NCBI RefSeq assembly: GCF_004010195.1
Contig: NC_057711.1
Coordinates: forward strand, 77,412,341 to 77,476,340
Length of the DNA: 64,000 nt
Origin: Chiloscyllium plagiosum
Lineage: Eukaryota
Direction of reading: 5' to 3'
The notes beneath the pieces were generated by a model, which was given only the letters and a program-made list of their open reading frames with translations, did not search any database and was not told the origin of the DNA. A program made the translations under genes and the position numbers. Below are positions 24,232 to 37,840 of the stretch, piece after piece. How positions within the stretch are numbered: position 1 is the first letter of the stretch; each line of letters begins with the position of its first letter.

Positions 24232-26290
24232 ACATAAAACTGAAAGGACTGTAGATATTGAACATCTGAAGCAAAAACAGAAATTGCTGGAAAACCTCAA
24301 ATGGTCTGGCTGTACCTGTGGAGAGAAATCAGAATTAATGTTTGGGGTCTGGTGACCATTCTTCAGAACTGATTGTAGCTCGGAAAAGGATGGTTTTTAT
24401 ACAGAAAATGAGGTGAGGGGTGGGGACAAAGTAAATAATAGTTGGAGATAGAGCCCACTGAGAGAAAGACAGTCGGATAGACAAAGGAGTGGTGAAACTT
24501 TGATCTAAGGGATTGAATAGCTGCTAATGGTGACTATTAGTGATTGATAAAAGGTAGTTTGAATTAGAATTCCTCCAGTGTGGAAATAGGTCCTTCAGCC
24601 CAACACCAATCCTCCAACGAATACCCACTCACGCCCATTCCCCTACCCTCTAGTTTCCCCCTGACTAATAACCTATGCTATGGGCAATTGAGCATGACCA
24701 ATTCACCTGACCAGTACATCTTTGGATTGCAGGAGGAAACCCACGCAGACACGGGGAGAATGTGCAAACTCCAAACAGACAATCACCCGAGGCTGGAATT
24801 GAACCGGGAATCTCTGGCACGACGAAGCAGCAGTACTAGCCACCCTATGTGCTACCACCCAGGTAGTGTGTGGTAGCAGCCCATGAAATGCCAAGGTCGT
24901 TAGTCAGTCAGTCAGTCAGTTAGTTAGTTGGGTAAGCTATTCAAGCCTTGACATGGTTGACCTCAATATTACATCCAGAAGGCTGCAGGTATCCCAAATG
25001 AAAATGACGTGCTGTTCTTCCAGGGGAGACGATGGTGTGTTGAAGTAGCAAGCAACTGGAAGCTCAGGGTCTTTTTTTGCAGAGTGAAGGTATTCTGCGA
25101 AATGGTCACCCAGTCTATGTTAATGCAGGTAAAGCGCTGCTTCACCTGTGAGGTGTGTTTGGGACCTTGGATATTAAGGAGGGATGAAGTAAATGGGGAG
25201 GTGTTAAACCTACTGCAGTTGCAGGGGAAGGTGTTGTGGGGCTGATGGCGGTGGCATTAGAAGTGAAGGAAGAGTGGATCAGGGTGTCTAAAGGGAATGG
25301 TCCTTGCGGAATGATGACAAGGGAAGGAGGGGAATTTATGTCTGCTGGTGACATCTGCTGGAGGTGGCAGAAATAGCGGCTAATGATCCTGTAGATATGG
25401 GTGTGGGATGGTAGTTGAGGACAAGGGGAATCCTATTGCTGTTGTAGGAGGGAAGACAGGGCATGACGGCTGAATTATCAATGATAGGTTAGACCTGGCT
25501 GAGGGCCCTGTCAATTAAGTTGCTGGGAGTCCTTTGTTGAGGAAGAAAGTGGACATTTCAGAGGTCCCCTTGTTGAAGTTGGTATCATCAGAACAGACGT
25601 GATGGAGACGGAGAAACTGGGAGAATGGAAAAAGTCTTTACAGGAATCAGGGTAGAAGGATGTATAGTCAAGGTGGGAGTCAGTGGGTTTGTAGTGGAAA
25701 ATGGTGGTCAGCCTATCCCCAGAAAAGGAAACGGAGATGTTGAGGAAGGGAAGGGAGGAGTCAGAGATGGACCAGGCGAAGGTGACAGCAGTGTGGAAAT
25801 TGAAAGCAAAATCGGTAAACCTTTCCAATCCCAGATGAAAGGGGGAAGCAGCACTGATTATGTCAATAACATTCCAGAGAAAGAGTTGTGGGAGTGGGTC
25901 AGAGTAGGACTGGAACAAGGAATATTCCACATACCCCTCAAAGAGACAAGTATAATTGGGACCCATGTAGGTATCCATGGCCACCTCTTTGACCTGACGA
26001 AAGTGAGAGGAGTTAAAAGAGAGGTTGTTCAGGCTGAGGACGAGCTCGCCCAAGCGGAGGAGGCTGGTGTGGGGCGGGGTGGGGGGGGGGGGGGGGTGGG
26101 GGGAGGGTGGCAGGTGTGAGGTGGGGGGAAGGTTCAGGCCTTTTATCCAGAAGAAAGCAAGGAGCCCTGGGACTATTCTGATGGGAAATGGACGTGAAAA
26201 GGGATTGAATGACCATGGTAAAGAGGAGGTGGCTGGAGCCCACGACCTGGAAATTCTGAAACTCACATAAGGTATCAGAGGAATTGTGGA
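24232..26290 (-). mobile_element. Older Penelope-like element with RT region (decayed), interrupted by an HE1 SINE
   Basis: ORF 25511-26299: LLRLGELVLSLNNLSFNSSHFRQVKEVAMDTYMGPNYTCLF...LPFLNISV...HYKPTDSHLDYTS (PLE RT); pseudo-LTR at ~24232-24370. Confidence 0.85.
24564..24860 (-). mobile_element. HE1-type SINE
   Basis: gaaacccacgcagacacggggagaatgtgcaaactcc core; B-box-like ggttcaattcc on the minus strand. Confidence 0.85.
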
Positions 26291-26534
26291 TGAAAGCAAG
26301 AAGGACTAGGCAGCAGGAGAAGCCGGGGAGGGGGGGGCGGGGAGTATTTGGCTTGTATTCCCCGATGCTCCCAAAGAGCCCTATCTTGGAGAAGGTGATG
26401 TTCCTCCTGCTTAATGCCCTCACCCTCCCATTCTCCCAGCTCTTCCACATCTTTGACATCCCCTGTCTCCTTGAAAAACGGTAAGTATTAGAATTAAGCA
26501 GTAAATTTTGTCCCAAGAATTCAGTAATTCCTGC

Positions 26535-27310
26535 TCTCCTAGACTGATTCAAGCATCTTCAGGAGATCTATTGTCTGCTTCACCATAGTCCTGATGGAAG
26601 AAATGACAGCATTTTATCTACACTTGGCCTCAGTCTAGCTTTTATGTAACAGAGACATTAGCAATGGTTGCAAAGGGTAGCCCTGGAACCCTGTAACTAT
26701 GCTTATAAGGGATATGAAATGCAGCAGAAGCATGAGAGCTCTCCAGGACAGAGGCATCATTTCAGTTCCCAATCTAGTATGAGCAAACATGTAGGAAGTG
26801 ATACCAACATTCACAGATCATTTTTACATTAATGGAATAGGTTCTTTTTCTATTGATGAACTCAGCCACAATATTATCTCAACATGACTTGTGTACAGTC
26901 TACAACCCCTTGCACTTGAAAGTAGCCAGCTCCATTAATAAATGTTATCACCAGGACTGCTGCACTGACCTCATTATAGGGAAACAAGATGAAACAATGT
27001 GATCTGTCACAAACCGCATCAGTAACAGCTTTGATACATGTGATGACTGGGGGCTCTGAGATCCCACACAATGTCCCCTTGGAAGGATCCAGTTGTGTAA
27101 AAGTTCAACCCAGCTGTCACCCTGATGGCCACTAGGATAGGATGACTAACCACCCCTTCAGGCCACATGTTGCACTCAAGGGGTTGACATAATTCTGTGA
27201 TAGTGACCCGGACATCTTGAGTCTGCACAATAACTGCACCTGTCTCATCCAGAGGAAATGGCATCCACGATAATCTAGCTACCGTGCACATGCGGAGACT
27301 ATTCAGCACC
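26535..27310 (-). pseudogene. PIF/Harbinger DDE transposase fossil (HARBI1-like)
   Basis: Ordered motifs on the minus strand: VAIRVTAGLNFYTTGSFQ, CGISEPPVITCIKAVTDA, AGYFQVQGVVDCTQV, NRKRTYSINV, NDASVLESS, GYPLQPLLM, RTMVKQTIDLLKM; many stops and frameshifts. Confidence 0.82.
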
Positions 27311-27869
27311 TTTCTGGAAGTTACTGCTGGTCCTGGGATTGCAGGAACAGCTGTTGCTCCTCACTTCCTTTTCATATTTGTTGCATCACTGCAATGGTGA
27401 CATTAATGCCAGTTGTGGCTGAATATGTCACTCGTGCTAAGAATGAACCTCACCGAAGAGGTCAACAGGAATGTGAACAGTCAGCATTCACATTCACACA
27501 AATGATGGCTTTGCATACTTTTCCATACAGTGAAACATGGAATACCATGGAGTGATTCACATTTAACTTTGGATTTGGACCTTATTCTGATGAAAGCACC
27601 ACCAGTTATGCCACAAAGATATAAAGGACATTGCAGGTGGCGCAAGAGTGCAGAACCTTTCTCTTCCAAGTTGCATATCATTTACAAAAGGCATAATTCT
27701 ATGCAAGAGTGTGTTGCATTATACCTACTGATCAAGTTAAGATGCAATGATCATCTGGTAGGGCAGAATTGGGTATAGCTAAAAGGGACTAATTTTATCA
27801 AAACTCTTTATCCTGCCCTCATAAGGATAATTCACAACTTTGATTGAAGAAGTATTGTTATGGAGAATA

Positions 27870-28145
27870 TCAATTAATGATGTTTGTTTGTTAATTTCCT
27901 CAGGGTAATGCCCTGACCAATCAAAGTCAAACTGCATGATTTAAAATTTAAATAAACCCTGGCTGTTAACTGCCAATTATCATCAACTGGTGCATTTTCT
28001 ATGGCAATACTTTTACCAATCAGAATCCACCTGCCAAAAAAAAGTACTCTCCTCTCATGCAGTATAGGTATAATATTGTCTTCTTGAATTGGTATTCTCG
28101 CAAATTTCCCAGATGAGTGCAATGTGAAAGGCTTTGGCAATTTTT
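27870..28145 (+). repeat. Probable old PLE-derived repeat with CCAAT boxes and a degenerate hammerhead
   Basis: ccaatca twice; ccagatgagtgcaatgtgaaaggcttt at ~28108-28135 resembles CUGAUGA...GAAA. Confidence 0.35.
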
Positions 28146-28269
28146 TTCAGCAAAATGAAAAATGTAATAATTGACTGTGCATGCAAGCCAGCAACATTAA
28201 AGGACAAATGCTTATTCCTCTTAAAATCCACAAAAAGAAATACAGTCCAAGGTATGGCTCCAACAAACA

Positions 28270-28450
28270 GAGAGTTTTTCCCCTGATTCCCATTAACTAA
28301 GGCTCCTTTGATGCCACACTTGGTAAAATATGGCTTTGATGTCAAAGACAGTCACTCGCATCTTAGCTCTGGAGTTCAGCTCTTTTGTCCATGTTCGAAC
28401 CAAGGCTTTCAAGAGGTTAAGAGCTGAGTGGCCGAGGAGGAATGCAACGA
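28270..28450 (-). mobile_element. Old non-LTR RT fragment
   Basis: Minus-strand translation WTKELNSRAKMRVTVFDIKAIFYQVWH resembles the RT LDxxxAFDxVWH motif. Confidence 0.6.
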
Positions 28451-28616
28451 TGAGGCTCTTAGGTAGTTAATGAAATTTTTTTTTAACAGTTCAAGACAAG
28501 ATAGTCATGTTCCAAAAGATTTAGGAAATGTTGAAAAAACTGCTCAAGGATAAAGTAGAAGGTGAGAGGGTCAAACTCAAAGCCAATACATGCTCTATTT
28601 ATGGCAGCTATTTGTT

Positions 28617-30010
28617 AGACCATAAGAGACCATAAGACATAGGAGCAGAAATTAGGCCATTCAGAAAATTGAGTCCACCACTCAATCATGGCTGAAAGGT
28701 TTATCAACTCCATTCTCCCACTTTATCCCCATAACCGTTGATCCCCTTGATACTCAAGAACCTATCTAGCTCAGTCTTTTCAATGACCTGGCCTCCATAG
28801 TCTTCTGTGGCAGTGAATTCCCCAGATTTCCAACTCTCTGGCTGAAGAAGTTTCTCCTTATCTCTGTTCTGAAAGGTCCTCTCTTTACTCTAAGGCTGTG
28901 CCCTCAGGTCCTAGTCTCTCCTACCAATGGAAACATCTTCCCAACATCCACTCTGCCCAGGCTATTCAGTATTTTATATGTTTCAATTAGACCCCGCCCC
29001 TCATCCTTCTAAACTTCATTAGATATAAACCCAGAGTTCTCAAACATTCCTCATATGTTAAGCTGCTCATTCCAGGAAACCTTCTCGTGAACCTCCTCTA
29101 AATACGCTCCAGGGCCAGTACATCCTTTCTGAGATAAGGGGCCCAAAACTGTGCACAATACTCCAAACGTGGTCTGATCAGACCCTCAGAAGCTTTTATA
29201 ATCAAGTCCTCTCAAAATAAATGCCATCATTGCATGTACCTTCCTAACTACTGACTCAAGCTGCAAGTTTACCTTGAGAGAATCCTGGACTAGAACTCCC
29301 AAGTCTCTTTGCACTTCAGACTTCTGAATTTTCTCCTCATTTAGAAAATAATCCATCCCTCTAATCTTCCTACCAAAGTCCATGACCTCACATTTTGCCA
29401 TATTATACTCCACCTGTCACTTCTTTGCCCACTCTCCTAACCTGCCCAAATCCTTCTGCAGCCTCCCTGCCTCCTCAATGTTCCCTGCCCCTCAACCTAT
29501 CTTTGTATCATCTACAAACTTAGCCAGAATGTCTTCAGTTTCTTCATCTAGATTGTTAATGTGCAAAGTGAAAAGTGTGGTCCCAACACTGAGCCATGCG
29601 GAACACCACTTGTCACCAGCTGCCACCCTGGGAAGGAACCTTTTATCCTCACTGTCTGCTTTCTTCCTGACAGCCATGCTTCTATCCATGCTGGCATCTA
29701 GCCTCTAACACCTTGGCCCTTATCTTACTCAGTAACCTCTTGTGCAGCACCTTGCCGAAGGCCTTCTTGAAGTCCAGGTAAATAAAATCCATTGGCTCTC
29801 CTTGGTCCAACCTGCTCATATCAGGCCTGACATACGCTTGATGAAACCATGCTGACTTTGCCCTATTTTACCAATCACTTCCAAGTATTTAGAAATCTCT
29901 TTCTTCACAATGGATTCCAGGATCTTACCCAAGACTGAGGTTAGCCTAAGCAGTGAGTAATTTTCCATCTTTTGCCGTACTCCCTTTTTAAACAGAGGTG
30001 TCATATTAGG
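28617..30010 (-). mobile_element. 5'-truncated CR1 LINE (cataagac-tail family)
   Basis: TPLFKKG...LTSVLGKILESI...SQHGF, KFVDDTKIG, YNMAKCEVMDFG; tail agaccataagagaccataagacat. Confidence 0.88.
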
Positions 30011-30534
30011 CCAGATAATGGCTGTGCTGAAAGATATAAAGAAAATCCAAATTCCAGTGCTTGTCAACAAGACATGATCAATACTTGATTAACAGATCAT
30101 AATGATATGAGAAGTGTAAAGAACATGGGTTGTCTTACTTTGGAAAGGGAACAGAGAGGGTGAGAATAGGGCTGTCGTGCCATTAGCTCTATGATTGTGT
30201 TGGTTACACAATGATGCTGAATGGGACACTTTTAAGACAAAACACATCAGTTTAAAACAAAATGCACATGCATCCTGTGTTATCACGGAAGTTTCAGATG
30301 TGCTAATTTTTACTGCCTCCAAAGATTTATCCTGTGCTTAGAAGGTATCAACCTTTTGGCGTATTATTAGCTGAAAAACAATAAATTGTTCTGTCACTTG
30401 AAGATCAGAGTGATAATCTTTCAAAATTAAAATTACAGGATAGAAAAGCCATGGTCATGATATACCTGATTTTTCAGTATATTTGCTAGCAGGCATTGAT
30501 CTGCATTGCTCATATGAGCTGTTGGATATCTCTA

Positions 30535-30770
30535 ATCATCCTATTCAGCAATATTATTACAACCTCAAGAATAGGTGAGAATTGTATCCAGGCTTCCTGG
30601 TTCATATGTTGAGACACTACCATTGCACCATAAAACCCCTACACATGGGAGCTGTAGGTATTTTTAATCAACTTGTTTGGAGATGTTACAACACCACTGA
30701 AGCAAGTGAGACATGAACACAGGTCTCCTGGATTAAGGGCAAAGACACTAACACTGCACTACAAGACCCC
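30535..30770 (-). mobile_element. Second head-to-tail pair of short tRNA-like SINE units
   Basis: Units end (plus strand) in acactaccattgcaccataaaaccc (~30615-30638) and acactaacactgcactacaagacccc (~30745-30770); related to 19650-19895. Confidence 0.5.
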
Positions 30771-31569
30771 TATAGAGCTTAGCTGGTAAAATTACCTCTC
30801 TGTGATTTTGCACCTGAATTAGGTGACGAATGGATAGGCTGTTGAACAGCTTCCATAAGGAAGCTCTTAAAATTGGAGGTGCTTTTTAGACAGAAGACAT
30901 TTGGTGCTAGCTCTTGGACATATATTTGTGTAATTTTCAAAGTTGAATATATGTGTTATTCAAGTCATTAACAAGTACAGTGATTTGCTTCTGGACCACA
31001 CAAAGAGTTAAAGCAGGAACACACCAATGCAGTAAGAAGGACACTTACTGAGTTTCACAAATCTGCTGAGCAGGCTAATCAGAAAGTCAGCCTGCTTCAT
31101 TACCTGAAACCAAACATGTTGAGTAATATATACAAATAGGGGCATTTAATTTTGTAATCTAAATGTATACTAATTTGGATTAGTTGAGTTTACTTTTTGT
31201 TGAAATCAAATACCTACTTTAGTAACATACTGGTTTAAAGTTGAAATGATGATGGATCATCCTTTTATTTTGCCTGTTAGCTTTTACTGTGCCTTTTAAA
31301 GGCTGCCAATGAGTTGAGATACATTTATGATTCATTTTCTCAATTTGTGATTGCAAAATTAACTCAATTGGTTAATAAAGGTGACAGGAGGAAACCGGGG
31401 AATTATAAAGAAGTTGGCTAATTTCTGTTGTCGAAAAATTGCTTAATTAATTAAGGATAGTGTGACTAGGCACATTTGAGATTTTCAACTGATCAGAGAG
31501 AGATAACATAGATTTCTAACAGGTAAGCCATGTATGACCAACTTGATTGAATATTTTGAAGAGATGGCT

Positions 31570-32185
31570 AAATTGATAGAATCATAGACATGTACAGCAC
31601 GGAAACAGACTCTTCGGTCCAACTTGTCCACAAAGTTAATCTAGTCCCATTACTAGCATTTGCCCCATGTCTCTCTAAACCCTCCCTATTCATGTACTCA
31701 TCTAGATGCCTTTTAAATGTTGTAATTGTACCAGCCTTCACCACCTCCTCTAACAACTCATTCAATGCATGCATCACCTTCTGCATGAGAAAGGAGCCCC
31801 TTACGTTCCTTTTAAATCTTTCCTCTCTCCCCTTTAAAACTATGCCCTCTAGTTTTGGACTCACTTACCATGGGGAAAAGACCTTGGCTATTCACTCTAT
31901 CTATGACCCTTATGATTTTATAAACCTGTAGAAAGTCACCTCTAAACTTTTGACGCTACAGGAAAAATAGCCTCAGCTTATTCAGTCTCTCTCTTTAGCT
32001 CAAACCCTCCAACCCTGGCAACATCCTTGTAAATCTTTCCGAAACCCTTTCATGTCTCACAACATCTTTCCTATAGCAGAGAGACCAGAATTGAATGCAC
32101 AATTCCAAAAAGGCCGAACCAGTGTCCTGTATAGCCACAACATAAGCTCCCAACACCTCTACTCAATGCACTGGCCAATAAAGAA
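31570..32185 (-). mobile_element. CR1 3' fragment
   Basis: ORF ERFKRNVRGSFLMQKVMHALNEL...FKRHLDEYM; tail atagaatcatagac. Confidence 0.85.
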
Positions 32186-32196
32186 AAACTACTTAG

Positions 32197-32504
32197 GACG
32201 GCACGATGGCACAGTGGTTAGCACTGCTGCCTCACAGCGCCAGAGACCCGGGTTCAATTCCCGCCTCACGCAACTGACTGTGTGGAGTTTGCACGTTCTC
32301 CCCGTGTCTGCGTGGGTTTCCTCCGGGTACTCCGGTTTCCTCCCACAGTCCAAAGATGTGCAGGTCAGGTGAATTGGCCATGCTAAATTGCCCGTAGTGT
32401 TAGGTAAGGGGTACATGTAGGGGTATGGGTGGGTTGCGCTTCGGCGGGGCGGTGTGGACTTGTTGGGCCAAAAGGCCTGTTTGCACACTGTAAGTAATCT
32501 AATC
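32197..32504 (+). mobile_element. HE1-type (V-SINE) SINE, young CpG-retaining copy
   Basis: A box tggcacagtgg, B box ggttcaattcc, V-core, CR1-like tail ending gtaatctaatc. Confidence 0.92.
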
Positions 32505-35291
32505 ATACTGACCAAACTTGTCAAACCCTAAATAACATAGGTCCTAAACTGTGTCCATAGTAGGTGGTGAAGGAACCAGAGGGAAAAACATACTTGAACA
32601 TATTCTCACCAATTGACCTGCTGCAAATACACCTGATGAAGGGTCACTGGACTTGAAATATTAACTCTGTTTATCTCTCTACAGATACTGCCAGGTTTCT
32701 GTACTTCTCCAGCACTTTCTGTTTTAGACAGTGAAATATTTATTGGTGATTTATATGGACTTCCTGAAGACAACTATTCCAGTTCCTCATAAAAGACTGA
32801 TAAATTCCAGAACTGAATGAAAATTATTGACCTGATTAATACATTAATTGAGGGGAAAAAACCTGAGAGTGGGAACAACAGAGAGATAGTCCAATTGACT
32901 AATAGTGTCCTCAAGGATCTCCATTCAGGCCTCAGCTATTCACTGTATTTTTTAATGGCTTGAATATGGGACAGAAAACCACATATAATTTACAGGTTTT
33001 GATGTAAATTTTAAAAGCAAGATAAATAGGAAAGAAAATAAATGTTCATTATTCAACACACAAATATATATGTGACTGCACCCACTCAAGCACCAATGCA
33101 GAAACATACAAACTCAAGGAAATATTGTGATTATAAATTAGTGTGGGTTTAGGTGTTAATAATTAAAGAGTTCTTTGTCACACTTCTTTTTCAAGTGAAT
33201 AATTGAAATGATGCAGTCCTTTAATTCTCTTTGATTCACTGAATCTTTGCCTGTTGGTGTTTCTTGGGCATGGTCTTTATCTTTCGTTAACCAAGATATT
33301 TCTCCATAAATGGACCTGATTACACCTCCTTATCAGAAACTTCATTTTCATCCTGTGACCCGGGCATTTCTTTCCATTTTCCTTATAAGTGAGGATCGCT
33401 GGGCCATTATGAGGCAATGGAGCCTGTGTGGCATTACCTCACTTACCATCTTGATAAGGGTGAGCATTTTACACCCATGTTCCAGAATTTCAGATTGCAG
33501 TTGAAGAATTTGCGAAAGTGAATTGTGCGATCATGTTTTTGAATCAGCTGGAGAAGTAAAGCCATTAACTGTAGGAAGACTTCTTTGTGTTTTAATAGCT
33601 TCTCAAAGATATGGCCAGAAAGGTTATTTGCATCTCAATGACTTTGACAAGATCTCCACAGGTCATCAGGGAGCATTGTGGCACAATGTTAGTGTCTCTC
33701 CCTCAGAGTTGGCAATCTGGGGTTCAAGTCCCACCAGTTTGACAGGCATGTCGTAACATAGCTGAGCAGCCTGACTTCTTAAAGAAGTATTTATATCATA
33801 TGTTCCATATTGCCATTATGGATTCTCAATATTACCTCAACAAAAAGTCAAATAACTTAATTAAATACGATTTAACATTCCAGTACTGGTTTTCCTTAAT
33901 GTTTGTTCAAGTGACTATTTGTTATCCCAACTGATCTGTTATTTCTGGGCTTACCTTTACATTCTTTTTTGATCAAGTGTGTGATATGTACTGCTATTCA
34001 ATCCTCTGGGGCAATGCATATCTGCACCTAAGAATGTTAAGTTCAGCGCCACTACAATTGTTACCCTTATTTCACTTGTGTGTTTGATATATCTTATCCA
34101 TACCTGATCATTTATCAACTTTAAATAGTCAGTCTTTAAATACCTCCTCTTTTTCAAGCTCCTCAATGAGTTCCTTTATTCAATTTGATGCTGACAACAT
34201 CTTCTACCTTGAAAAAGCCAAAGTACTAACTTACTATATCAGCCAAGTCCTCTGTTTCCATGTGTAAATTGCTTTTCGGGTCCCTAATCACCATTACCCA
34301 TCTTTTTACTGTTCTTTTATTATTTATGTGTTTTCAGGAAACTTTAGGATCCCCTTTAATTTCAGCCACTATTCTGTTTACATACTCCCACTTTAATTCT
34401 TCCATTTCTTACCCTTTTCTTCTGAACTTACCATATCGAACCTGGTTCTCCTTTATATTATCAACTTCCCTCAGTCAAATACATGACTATTCTGTTTCAT
34501 CTCACTGTCTATTGCTTTCATCACCTCGGGAACTCTAACCTTGCTTGTCCTATCTTTCTCTGAGTAAGATTGTATCTTGACTGTACCTATACCACCTCCT
34601 CTTTAAAAACTGTCCATTTTTCTAAAACAATTTGCCTGTCAGTCTTTGATACCAATTTATCTGACAGATGTTTTCCCACCAAATGAAATTAATCATTCTT
34701 CAATGTATTGGAGTCTTAGAATCATAGAGATGTACAGCATGGAAATAAACCCTTCAGTCCAACTTGTCCATGCGGACCAGATATCCCAAGCCCCATTTTC
34801 CAGCACTTGGCCCATATCCCTCTAAACTCTTCCTATTCATATATCCATCCAGATGCCTTTTAAATGTTGCAACTGTACCAGCCTTCACCATTTCCTCTAG
34901 CAGCTCATTCCATACATGCACCACACTCTGCGTGAAAAGGTTGTCCCATAAGGTCCCAAATATAACTTTCCCCTCTCACCCTAAACCTATACCCTCTAGT
35001 TCTGAACTCCCCCAACCCAGGGGAAAAATACTTTGTATATTTATTCTATCCATGCCCCTCATGATTTTGTAAACCTGTATGAGGTCACCCGTCAGTCTTT
35101 GACACTCCAGGGAAAACAGCCTATTCAGCCTCTCCCTATAGCTCGAATTCTCCAACCCTGGCAACATCCTTGTAAATCTTTTCTGAACCCTTTCAAGTTT
35201 CACAACATCCTTCCAATAGGAAGGAGACTAGGTTTGCACACAATATTCCAAAAGTGGCCGAGCCAACATTGTGGTACAGCTGCAACATGAC

Positions 35292-37576
35292 TTAATTTTT
35301 TATTTCAAAAATATACTTTATTCATAAAATGCTTTAATGGTCTGTACAGTTGGACATGCCATACATATGTAAACATTCCATTTGTTTGCATACCGAAAAC
35401 GGAGTAATCATTCCTATTTACAGGTCTGTACGATTACATTTTTAGCTGAGGCGTNNNNNNNNNNNNNNNNNNNNNNNNNNNNNNNNNNNNNNNNNNNNNN
35501 NNNNNNNNNNNNNNNNNNNNNNNNNNNNNNNNNNNNNNNNNNNNNNNNNNNNNNNNNNNNNNNNNNNNNNNNNNNNNNNNNNNNNNNNNNNNNNNNNNNN
35601 NNNNNNNNNNNNNNNNNNNNNNNNNNNNNNNNNNNNNNNNNNNNNNNNNNNNNNNNNNNNNNNNNNNNNNNNNNNNNNNNNNNNNNNNNNNNNNNNNNNN
35701 NNNNNNNNNNNNNNNNNNNNNNNNNNNNNNNNNNNNNNNNNNNNNNNNNNNNNNNNNNNNNNNNNNNNNNNNNNNNNNNNNNNNNNNNNNNNNNNNNNNN
35801 NNNNNNNNNNNNNNNNNNNNNNNNNNNNNNNNNNNNNNNNNNNNNNNNNNNNNNNNNNNNNNNNNNNNNNNNNNNNNNNNNNNNNNNNNNNNNNNNNNNN
35901 NNNNNNNNNNNNNNNNNNNNNNNNNNNNNNNNNNNNNNNNNNNNNNNNNNNNNNNNNNNNNNNNNNNNNNNNNNNNNNNNNNNNNNNNNNNNNNNNNNNN
36001 NNNNNNNNNNNNNNNNNNNNNNNNNNNNNNNNNNNNNNNNNNNNNNNNNNNNNNNNNNNNNNNNNNNNNNNNNNNNNNNNNNNNNNNNNNNNNNNNNNNN
36101 NNNNNNNNNNNNNNNNNNNNNNNNNNNNNNNNNNNNNNNNNNNNNNNNNNNNNNNNNNNNNNNNNNNNNNNNNNNNNNNNNNNNNNNNNNNNNNNNNNNN
36201 NNNNNNNNNNNNNNNNGACCTGTGCCACGTATAATAGCAATGACAGGGCCTCACACCTGATGACCAGGTTTTTTCACGTGATGAAGAACGACTGTAGCTT
36301 CCATCTGCCCAGTTTCTGCCTCACTTTGCTGATACGCTCCTCTCAAGACTTGACGCACGCCCCAGCCCCCCGAATCAAATACCTAGCACCTTCAGGTGGT
36401 CGGTCCTGACGGTGAAGGGGATCGAGGATTGGTCGGCCCAGTTCCCGAAGAGCATGGCCTCGCTCTTGCCTCGGTTTACCTTGTCCCCCGAGCTGGTCAC
36501 AGATGCACATGAGTCTGCGCACGGACAACGGATCCGAGCAGAAAACGGCGATGTCATCCATGTACAGGGAGGCCTTAACCTGCAGGCCCCCGCTGCCAGG
36601 AATAGTCACCCCTCTCAGGCTCGCATCCTTCCTGATGGACTCGGCAAATGGCTCTATGCAGCACACAAACAAGGCAGGAGAGAGAGGGCAGCCCTCCCTG
36701 ACTCCAGATCTGATTGGGAAGCTATGTGATTCCCACCCATTGATTGAGACTGCACTGACAATGTTGGTGTAGAGCAGTCTGATCCAATTGCAGATTCCCT
36801 CCCCAAAGCCCATTTTGGAGACAACATCTCTCATATGCCTGTGTAATATCCTGTCAAAGGCTTTCTCCTGGTCCAGGCTGATCAGGCAGGTGTCCAACCC
36901 TCTGTCCTGCACGTAGGCCATTGTATCCCTGAGGAGTGCGAGACTCTCAGCGATCTTCCTGCCCGGCACAGCACAGGTTTGGTGAGGGTGAATCACTGAC
37001 CCCAGAGCAGACCTGACCCGGTTGGCAATTACCTTTGACAGAATTTTGTAATCCGCATTCAACAGTGAGACTGGTCTCCAATTTTTGAGTTCTTCCCTCT
37101 CCCCCTTCCGCTTGTAGATGAGGGTGATGATGCCTTTCCTCATGGATTCACTCATGGTACCTGCCCAAAGCATACTGACATACACCTCCAGCAGGTCCTG
37201 GCCAATCAAGTCCCACAGAGCGGAATAGAGCTCGACTGGTAAGCCGTCGCTTCTGGGAGTTTTATTCTTTTCGAAGGACTCAAGGGCCTTGGTCAGCTCA
37301 TCCAGAGATAGCAGCTGGTCCAGTCTCTCCTGCGTTCTGTCGTCTAAGACCTCCGTGATAGATGACAGGAACGACTGGGAGGCCGCGCTGTCGGTCGGCT
37401 TCGCGTCATATAGACTGGCATAGAAGGATTTACTGATCCTCGTGACGTCAGCCTGAGATGACGTTATCGAGCCATCTTCTTCCTTCAGGCTGCTGAGCAC
37501 AGAGCTCTCTTTGTGCACCTTCTGGAAGAAGAAACGTGAGCACATTTCATCCTGCTCCACCGAGTGGACCCTGGAC
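35292..37576 (-). mobile_element. 5'-truncated Tx1-like (L1 clade) retrotransposon with 15-bp TSD
   Basis: TSD cagctgcaacatgac at 35277-35291 and 37577-37591; long open RT frame with NWRPVSLLNADYKIL, QTCAVPGRKI, LDQEKAFDR, GCPLSPALF, YMDDI. Confidence 0.92.
35455..36216. other. Assembly gap (N run)
   Basis: Run of N bases. Confidence 1.
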
Positions 37577-37840
37577 CAGCTGCAACATGACCTCCCAACA
37601 CTCAATGCTCTAACCAATAAAGAAAAGCATACCAAACACATTCTTCATGATCCTATCTACCTGCAACTCCACTTTCAAGGTGCTATGAACCTGTAGTCCA
37701 ATGTCTCTTTGTTCAGCAACACTCCCTCAGACCTTACCATTAAGTGTATATGTACTGCTAAGATTTGCTTTCCCAAAATGCAGCACCTCGCATTTATCTA
37801 AATTAAACTCCATCTGCCAGTCCTCAGCCTATAGGCCCAT

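Noticed and set aside
26069..26130. G-run / potential G-quadruplex
   Set aside because: Homopolymer expansion inside a decayed PLE; no evidence of function and error-prone in assembly.
32197..32270. tRNA gene
   Set aside because: The A and B boxes belong to a SINE head that continues into the V-core and LINE tail.
33000..33560. Possible solo LTR
   Set aside because: No second copy, TSD or primer-binding site could be identified.
35382..36260. ORFs of 268-292 aa
   Set aside because: Gap artefacts, almost entirely X.
36343..37641. 432-aa ORF as a host gene
   Set aside because: It is a Tx1-like RT fragment. Its N-terminus reads in from flanking CR1 across the TSD and it frameshifts after YMDD.
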